A DNA stretch of 53,296 nt from a virus (Duplodnaviria > Caudoviricetes): positions 1 to 53,296 of IMG/VR virus record IMGVR_UViG_3300049484_000358. One strand, given 5' to 3'. The position numbers were made by a program, and so were the translations under genes. The notes under the pieces are model-generated. The model saw only the letters and a list, made by a program, of their open reading frames with translations. It was not told where the DNA came from and searched no databases. Of this stretch, positions 48,358-53,296 are shown piece by piece (positions within the stretch are counted from its first letter, which is position 1; every line of letters begins with the position of its first letter).

Positions 48358-48621
48358 TCATGATAGGAAAAACCACAGCAGGGTGTATACTATGATGATG
48401 ATTATGCCGATCCCGAGTAGTTTGCAGATGAGAGTGAAGAGGGTTGAGACTAAGTGATTGGTGAAGTCTTTCACGGGATCGCCAGCAGGTGTATTCGCGT
48501 GGGCGTGGGAGGGTCCTTCGAGAGAGGCGAGAGCGGCGGCCAACTGCTGGGCGGGTGGTATGTCGGGGTTGAAGCGATCGTAGAGGCCGGGTGCATCATT
48601 TGTGGGTGGTGTGTCAGTCAT
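48358..48621 (-). CDS. Membrane protein
   Basis: C-terminal TM segment. Confidence 0.55.
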   Translation of the reverse strand: MTDTPPTNDAPGLYDRFNPDIPPAQQLAAALASLEGPSHAHANTPAGDPVKDFTNHLVSTLFTLICKLLGIGIIIIIVYTLLWFFLS

Positions 48622-49075
48622 TGGAGTCCAACCCGTGGATGCCGGAGTTACCGTTGGAGTAGTTGCCGATTTCCCGTTCGTTGAAGATGACGGTGAAGTT
48701 GCCAGCGTAAACGAAAGTCACGAACCGGAGGGCGGGAACCGTTTCGATGAAAGCCAGGTGCAGTTCCAGGTCGTTTGTTGGGTGGTGTGCATTTATGCGA
48801 TTGACTTGCGCGTTGGTGAATGTGTAGGAGTAAGATTCTCGCTCCGCGAGGGATTGATGCAAGTCGTGCTCTGGTGCATTACACGCGTCACAGCAGTGCC
48901 AATTACATTTGCATTTTCCGTCCTGCGGACGGAAACCAGAGACTAGGTCTCCGATGCGGAGGAACCATTGGGGTGTACCACAGAAGCGGCAGTATTCTTT
49001 CAATGGAACATTGGCGCGGTGGTCGCCGTCCAGCAGGTTTATTGGGGAGAGTTGGGGAGAGGGAAGGGTGGTCAC
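48614..49075 (-). CDS. Cys-rich Zn-binding protein (paralog B2)
   Basis: CRFCG.P..F ... CC.AC...EH; GTGA overlap with the upstream stop. Confidence 0.6.
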   Translation of the reverse strand: MTTLPSPQLSPINLLDGDHRANVPLKEYCRFCGTPQWFLRIGDLVSGFRPQDGKCKCNWHCCDACNAPEHDLHQSLAERESYSYTFTNAQVNRINAHHPTNDLELHLAFIETVPALRFVTFVYAGNFTVIFNEREIGNYSNGNSGIHGLDSND

Positions 49076-49341
49076 GGGAGTGGGTCCTTTGTTGGGGTGG
49101 GTTGGGGCGGTGAAATTTTTCGGTTTACCGGAGGAGTGAGTAGTTGGAAGACGACGTACTGGTGGGGTTTGTAGTGGCGGGCGGTCATGCCGGTGGTGAC
49201 GTCGTCGAGAGTGTTCCACACGTGGATCTTCGGTCCATCTGTGATGGGATACCCCTCGATAGACACGCATACGAAGATGGGCATGTGGGCCGGGACGGCA
49301 GGTGTAGTGTTCGCGGGAGCGGGAGGGGGTGTATTAGTCAC
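49072..49341 (-). CDS. Hypothetical Pro/Thr-rich protein
   Basis: RBS GGAGG; coupled to both neighbours. Confidence 0.55.
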   Translation of the reverse strand: MTNTPPPAPANTTPAVPAHMPIFVCVSIEGYPITDGPKIHVWNTLDDVTTGMTARHYKPHQYVVFQLLTPPVNRKISPPQPTPTKDPLP

Positions 49342-49786
49342 GAGGCCTCCGGAAGGGGGTTGCGAATTGGGGTTGGTTGGGTTTGGTTATTGGGGTGATG
49401 TCGGCTTCATCGAAGTTGATGACGAGTTGAGTACCAAGTACATAGTGACGGACGAAGGCGAAGGCGGGTAGGATGCGTTGGACAGCAGTGGGTTCGTTTA
49501 CTTCGCCTTCGTTGAGGATGCGGGTGATGGCTGAGTATTGTTTTTCAGTCATTGCATACCAACCAGGTGTGCGGCTTACGACGACGGTGTGTTCGCAGTG
49601 CTCAAGGCGCCGGCAGGCCGGGCAGCAGGGTAGATGTGCGGTGCACATTCCCCACCGAGTGTTTTTGTAGACAGGGGTGCCTTGGGGAATGAAGCGACGT
49701 GGTTGGCCGCAGGTGCGGCACATGATCAGCAGGGGGATTTTAGCAATCATGCCTGGCCGATATTCTAGCAGTGTCATTGGTTCCAT
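49334..49786 (-). CDS. Cys-rich Zn-binding protein (paralog B1)
   Basis: CRTCG.P..F ... CC.AC...EH; RBS GGAGA. Confidence 0.65.
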   Translation of the reverse strand: MEPMTLLEYRPGMIAKIPLLIMCRTCGQPRRFIPQGTPVYKNTRWGMCTAHLPCCPACRRLEHCEHTVVVSRTPGWYAMTEKQYSAITRILNEGEVNEPTAVQRILPAFAFVRHYVLGTQLVINFDEADITPITKPNQPQFATPFRRPRD

Positions 49787-49809
49787 AGTAATTCTCCGGG
49801 TGTGAAATG

Positions 49810-50203
49810 TAGAACATTTGTCTTGGGCAGTTATTACTTTATAAGGCCTGATTCTATACTTAAAGGGTAAGAAAATTGATTTAGAAACTTAATAGAAACA
49901 GGCCTGCTATCAGAACAACTGCCCAGGACATTTGTTCTAATTGACTGCTATGCAGCAGTTTGGCTTGAAAAACCTGCCGTTGGTGTGTCATTTGACTCCA
50001 AAAAACCTGCGATCGGTACACAAATTTGGCAAAGTAGTTTTCTTGTAATAGAGATGCTCCTTCTAAAGTTATCGTTGTAATTTTCTGGTAGCCTTTACTG
50101 TTCATGGATTTGAGTTCAGGCCTTATTTCAGAAAACTTTTCTGTTTTTTACTGAATAACTGCACAACTGCCCAAGACAAATGTTCTAATAATCTTGGGCA
50201 GTC
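49810..50203. repeat. AT-rich non-coding region with nested inverted repeats (origin-like)
   Basis: Perfect 23-bp inverted pair 49810-49832/50165-50187, a third copy with 3 mismatches at 49917-49939, and an ATAAGGCCTGA/TCAGGCCTTAT pair. Confidence 0.8.
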
Positions 50204-50207
50204 GGTA

Positions 50208-50459
50208 TTATTTGGCCAAGTCGAGCTTCCAGATGAACAGCGCAACAAGTCCGAGTCCTAGCAATTGCCATACAACATCAGGCATTGGGTTATCCTCTCA
50301 ATCGTAGTAGTCCGAGTTTATCCAATAGTACGAACAATACGCAGACGGCGAGTAAGCTTGCGGCTTCGGTGCTCATTGCGGGATGTCATTCTTGTTCACG
50401 AAGCTGAATGCACCAAACAGTACGATGATTACGGCTACGGCAATGTATATTGCGATCAT
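50208..50459 (-). CDS. Three consecutive 25-28 aa hydrophobic peptides (50459-50373, 50376-50290, 50285-50208)
   Basis: RBS GAGAGGA before the first and third, ATGA coupling for the second. Confidence 0.6.
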
Positions 50460-50506
50460 GGTATTATCCTCTCGATTTGTTCTCAGTTTGTTCTCGGTGA
50501 AACGAC

Positions 50507-50545
50507 TATAGCCCGGCAGCTCAGTTCAGCAGATGCCGGGCTATA
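50507..50545 (-). other. 12-bp hairpin between early genes
   Basis: TATAGCCCGGCA...TGCCGGGCTATA. Confidence 0.7.
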
Positions 50546-50552
50546 TGGGTGA

Positions 50553-50768
50553 TTACTTTGATGCGTACTTGATCATGATGCGTCCGAGGCGTTTGTGGCC
50601 GCAGACGAGGTACCAGAACTTCCAGAAATTAGCGATAGTCTTCAGCACAACTAGCACTGCTGGGTCTTTCGCCAGTTCGGCAAGTTCGCTTTCCGCGAGT
50701 TGGGTGTTCAAATCCCACTCAGCATCGGTTACAGGGCGTTTGACAGCTTGATCACGAAAGTCAGACAT
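50553..50768 (-). CDS. Small phage protein with WY...GHKRLGR motif
   Basis: RBS AAGGAG, ATG 50768. Confidence 0.7.
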   Translation of the reverse strand: MSDFRDQAVKRPVTDAEWDLNTQLAESELAELAKDPAVLVVLKTIANFWKFWYLVCGHKRLGRIMIKYASK

Positions 50769-50802
50769 GTTGAGTCTCCTTTGTCGAAGTGCTTGAGTAT
50801 GG

Positions 50803-50916
50803 GTAGCATCTTCGCGCTCCCTCACTCCGTGGAATGAGGATGAGCAAAACTGCTACAGCGTTTGGGCCGCGGTCCCGGTGCCCGGATCCCTGCTGTCAGG
50901 TAATCCGGGTCACCGG
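50803..50916 (-). ncRNA. Two long hairpins 3' of paralog 2
   Basis: CCGGUG-a-CCCGGAU..CCUG-ACAG-CAGG..AUCCGGG-CACCGG; GUAGCA..UGCUC..CCUCA/UGAGG..GAGCG..UGCUAC. Confidence 0.6.
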
Positions 50917-50938
50917 TGGAACGACCGGGTGGAGCCGA

Positions 50939-51574
50939 TTATTCAGATATTCCCAGGGATTTCGCCAGAGCATCGATGGCATCGGTCTTGCTTGCCACGA
51001 TATCTTCCATCTCAGCCTCTGCCTGGGCTTTCTTCGATTTCCCCTTGGGGGCTTTCGCAATCGCAACCGGCTCGCCAGCGGGCCCGCTCACGATTTCAAT
51101 TTCCGCAACCTTCGCAACTTCGGCAGCCAGTTCAGCGTCGTCCACGACCACTTTCTTCGGGGTCCAGACACCGTCGATGAGTTCGAACTTGGTCATCAGT
51201 TCGGCCATCATCGCGGGAGTTACCCGGTCAACCGGTGAGCCGGCGGACTTGCGAGCGGCGGAGCGGCCAGCGGCCTTGTCGGCATCCGTCCGTCCCCACA
51301 GTTCGCTGAGCGACGCGGCCTTGCCAACCTGCGAAGCCGTCTTGCCGCGCTGGGTGGCGAGGAATTCGTCGGACATGAAGAACGCGAAGTTCGCGTCGCG
51401 GTTCTGGGTGAAGCCGTCACCCGAGCGGCACCAGCACTGGATGTACCGGCGGAGGTAAGCATCGGTCACGATCTCGCCCCGGCCGTTTTTGATCCCGTAC
51501 TTGTTGGCGTTGTCGTCGGTCTCGCTCGCTGCGAATTTGACGAAGGTCTTGGTGGTTCCAGCATTGTCGGTCAT
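50939..51574 (-). CDS. Early protein, paralog 2 of the unknown family
   Basis: YGIKNGRGEIVTDAYLRRYIQCWCRSGDGFTQNRDANFAFFMSDEFLA; RBS AAAGGAG. Confidence 0.85.
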   Translation of the reverse strand: MTDNAGTTKTFVKFAASETDDNANKYGIKNGRGEIVTDAYLRRYIQCWCRSGDGFTQNRDANFAFFMSDEFLATQRGKTASQVGKAASLSELWGRTDADKAAGRSAARKSAGSPVDRVTPAMMAELMTKFELIDGVWTPKKVVVDDAELAAEVAKVAEIEIVSGPAGEPVAIAKAPKGKSKKAQAEAEMEDIVASKTDAIDALAKSLGISE

Positions 51575-51589
51575 TTCAAATCTCCTTTG

Positions 51590-51745
51590 AAAGATTGGAC
51601 TGGGAGAATTCCCATTCACCTGCCCAGCAGTTGCACGGTGGGCCTTGCGGCAATTGGCACTGCTGAGCACGTGGGTGGGAACTCACCACCCAATTGTTAT
51701 TCGATTTTTAAGGTTCGGAAGCTGGGGAAAATCCCCGTTGCTTTA
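51590..51745 (-). ncRNA. Structured ~170-nt 5' leader of paralog 2
   Basis: UGCUCAGCAGU/ACUGCUGGGCA stem with GCC-GCAA-GGC; GAGUUCCCA/UGGGAAUUC competing with UGGGUGG/CCACCCA. Confidence 0.6.
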
Positions 51746-51758
51746 TTCTTACAAGATC

Positions 51759-51825
51759 ATTGTACCATATTGAGTGATCACTGGGGAACTAACATTTGTC
51801 ACGCAATGATCACTCAATTGTCACG
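51759..51825 (-). promoter_or_regulatory. Early promoter with TGACA boxes
   Basis: CGTGACA-32 nt-TACAAT with extended TG. Confidence 0.75.
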
Positions 51826-51829
51826 CAGT

Positions 51830-52042
51830 TTAGAACGCGGTATTGAACCAATCTTTGAACTCAGCCACGGTGTTGAAATACAACTGGACCAGTTCCAAAT
51901 TTCCTTCGAGACTCGCAAAATCTTCGAACTTATCAACGCAGTGTTTTGATTCGGATGCTTCGGTCACAAGTGAAACATTCTCAGTTTCGATAGTGAATTC
52001 GAATTTATTCCCGTTTTCCTCGGCAAGTATTTCGATTTTCAT
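51830..52042 (-). CDS. Small acidic protein (70 aa)
   Basis: MKIEILAEENG..., very E/D-rich. Confidence 0.6.
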   Translation of the reverse strand: MKIEILAEENGNKFEFTIETENVSLVTEASESKHCVDKFEDFASLEGNLELVQLYFNTVAEFKDWFNTAF

Positions 52043-52050
52043 TGGGTTCC

Positions 52051-52311
52051 CTATATGTTTCGCAGATTGTTTTTCTTTGCGCAATCGACGCAAACGTCGA
52101 TGTCGCGCATGTTGCGTACGCAGTGTTTTATGTACGTCATCGAGAAGCCATAGTTGCAGATTTCGCAGTAACCTCGACCTCCGTCCGAACTGTTCATTGT
52201 GTCTTGCCGGATTTTCTCCGGACTTGCATAGCCGCGACGCCCAGACTTACCTCGCGGTAAATCTACTATTCCATTCTGACTCGGATAAGATACTCGATTC
52301 CAATTATTCAT
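52051..52311 (-). CDS. Small Zn-finger protein
   Basis: CEIC ... CVDC; first gene after a promoter. Confidence 0.55.
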   Translation of the reverse strand: MNNWNRVSYPSQNGIVDLPRGKSGRRGYASPEKIRQDTMNSSDGGRGYCEICNYGFSMTYIKHCVRNMRDIDVCVDCAKKNNLRNI

Positions 52312-52364
52312 ACTCTACTCTCTTTCGCAATCTCGAATGTTCGATCATATTTCTTATTATACTC

Positions 52365-52410
52365 ATTATAACGCGCAATATGATTGAGTGTAACGTACTA
52401 AATGTCACTC
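52365..52410 (-). promoter_or_regulatory. Early promoter
   Basis: GTGACA-32 nt-TATAAT; TTACAC-17-TATAAT. Confidence 0.75.
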
Positions 52411-52475
52411 ATAAAGGCTTCCAATATCATGGTTTATTACGTGACAAATGTCAGGCATCGGGCCATGACGTCGGG

Positions 52476-52681
52476 CAGTGACTCACGTGACAAAGGTCAC
52501 TGCTGGGCCGACAGACTATGCGTCGGCGTGCGCCCCGACGCTTCGCTTCAAAAAGTATCGGGGCATCGGGCCCCCACGATCGAGTAACTCGCACGTCCGC
52601 CACGGGCGGAATACCCTCAAAATGAGGGTCCCGTAGCGGGACCGAACTATTCAATTGTCGGGTTAGTCACCTCCCCGATAT
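52476..52681. ncRNA. GC-rich string of hairpins (unnamed structured element)
   Basis: At least 7 hairpins, four with 3-nt loops (52581-91, 52596-610, 52613-29, 52627-43). Confidence 0.55.
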
Positions 52682-52685
52682 TCTG

Positions 52686-52841
52686 TTACCAACCCATAAC
52701 TTTGGCGAACAACTCGATACCATGGGCACTGGGCCCTCCCATCGTGGGGACGTGGAGCGAAGCACCAGCCGAACCGAACACAGTCACTAGGACTAGATAC
52801 GCAACGCCCAGCAGTAACATAACCAACAGTAGCTTTTTCAT
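52686..52841 (-). CDS. Small secreted/membrane peptide (51 aa), not in ORF track
   Basis: MKKLLLVMLLLGVAYLVLVTVFGSAGA...; RBS AAGGAG. Confidence 0.65.
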   Translation of the reverse strand: MKKLLLVMLLLGVAYLVLVTVFGSAGASLHVPTMGGPSAHGIELFAKVMGW

Positions 52842-52854
52842 TGGGAACTCCTTC

Positions 52855-52922
52855 AAAAGTATTGGGCCTCATCGGCACCCGCACTCACGGGTGGACCGGG
52901 GATCGCACCCCCGGTTTCGGCC
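52855..52922 (-). ncRNA. Type II hammerhead ribozyme (U4C core variant)
   Basis: GGCC-GAAA-CCGGGG-loop-CCCCGG-UC-CACCCG-loop-CGGGUG-CCGAUGA-GGCC; GUC cleavage triplet; possible pseudoknot between loop I and the 3' tail. Confidence 0.8.
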
Positions 52923-52926
52923 TGTA

Positions 52927-53241
52927 TTACTGGGCGTCAACCAAGCTGGCGTTCACGAAGTCCTTGCGGGCGTCGCGGGCGGGTTTCGCGGGAGCCGCGT
53001 TCCAGCGGGGGGACAGAGAGGCGAATTTCCCGATTTGCGAAGCCGTGGCACCCGGGTGGGCGGCAAGGAACTCGTCGGACATGAAGTACTCAATGTTGGC
53101 CTTGCGGTTGTGGGTGAACCCGTCGGACACCCGGCACCAGCAGTGGATGTAGCGGCGCAGATAATCTTCGGACACGACATCGCCATCACTGTTGACGATA
53201 CCAAACCGATTCAAACCAAACTTCTCGAATTTCGTAGCCAT
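52927..53241 (-). CDS. Early protein, paralog 3 (minimal domain) of the unknown family
   Basis: FGIVNSDGDVVSEDYLRRYIHCWCRVSDGFTHNRKANIEYFMSDEFLA; RBS AAAGGAG. Confidence 0.85.
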   Translation of the reverse strand: MATKFEKFGLNRFGIVNSDGDVVSEDYLRRYIHCWCRVSDGFTHNRKANIEYFMSDEFLAAHPGATASQIGKFASLSPRWNAAPAKPARDARKDFVNASLVDAQ

Positions 53242-53296
53242 GATGATCTCCTTTCAAGATCAGAGGGGGGGGGGGGGAGGTAGTTTTTTTTCAATA

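Noticed and set aside
49811-50187. AGAAC-N4-GTTCT (LexA-box-like) matches inside the inverted repeats
   Set aside because: Each copy has 1-2 mismatches and conservation extends well beyond the box; better explained as a phage-specific 23-bp repeat. Not fully excluded.
51590-51700. HDV-like ribozyme (GAAUGGGA resembles J4/2-P2)
   Set aside because: No P3/L3/P1.1 can be built and the catalytic C position is U.
50834-53283. Long + strand ORFs in the right arm (e.g. 50916-51458, 51843-52481, 52702-53283)
   Set aside because: Antisense shadows of GC-rich - strand genes and RNAs; no RBS or recognisable motifs.
1-53296. Integrase/att site, tRNA genes, alternative genetic code
   Set aside because: No recombinase motifs or tRNA cloverleaf seen; genes are intact under code 11 with all three stops used.

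Overview
Apparently complete ~53.3 kb genome of a tailed dsDNA phage. It is siphovirus-like, with a ~960 aa tape measure, and I see no integrase. The host is most likely Chloroflexota (Anaerolineae/Caldilineae-like), inferred from a C-terminal IYFPLILK (YLPLV-type) lipoprotein, Pro/Thr-rich exported proteins and an LPATG sorting signal. The two arms converge at ~27.1 kb. The + arm (0.7-27.07 kb) encodes packaging, head, tail and lysis genes plus ferritin, a SAM methyltransferase, a GT2-like glycosyltransferase and an Stf0 sulfotransferase. The - arm (53.2-27.1 kb) encodes early genes, a UvrD-like helicase, PolA, a nucleotide-modification cluster (dimeric dUTPase/dCTPase, dNMP kinase with a UDG-like tail, dCMP deaminase, Asp-type thymidylate-synthase homolog, methyltransferase), a primase-polymerase/D5 helicase and a Cas4-like nuclease. 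The most striking part is the early region. Three paralogs of an unrecognised protein family (YLRRYI.CWCR..DGFT.NR.AN..FMSDEFLA) are each the first gene behind a shared TGACA-N31/33-TA(T/C)AAT promoter. Each is followed by structured RNA, and one of these RNAs is a type II hammerhead ribozyme fold (52865-52922, - strand, U4C variant). Other signals are several unnamed structured RNAs, a strongly over-represented arm-polarised octamer (CCCTGCTG), an inverted-repeat origin-like region, and contig ends that appear to join across a poly-G tract. All family calls come from motif recognition by eye; no database search was run.
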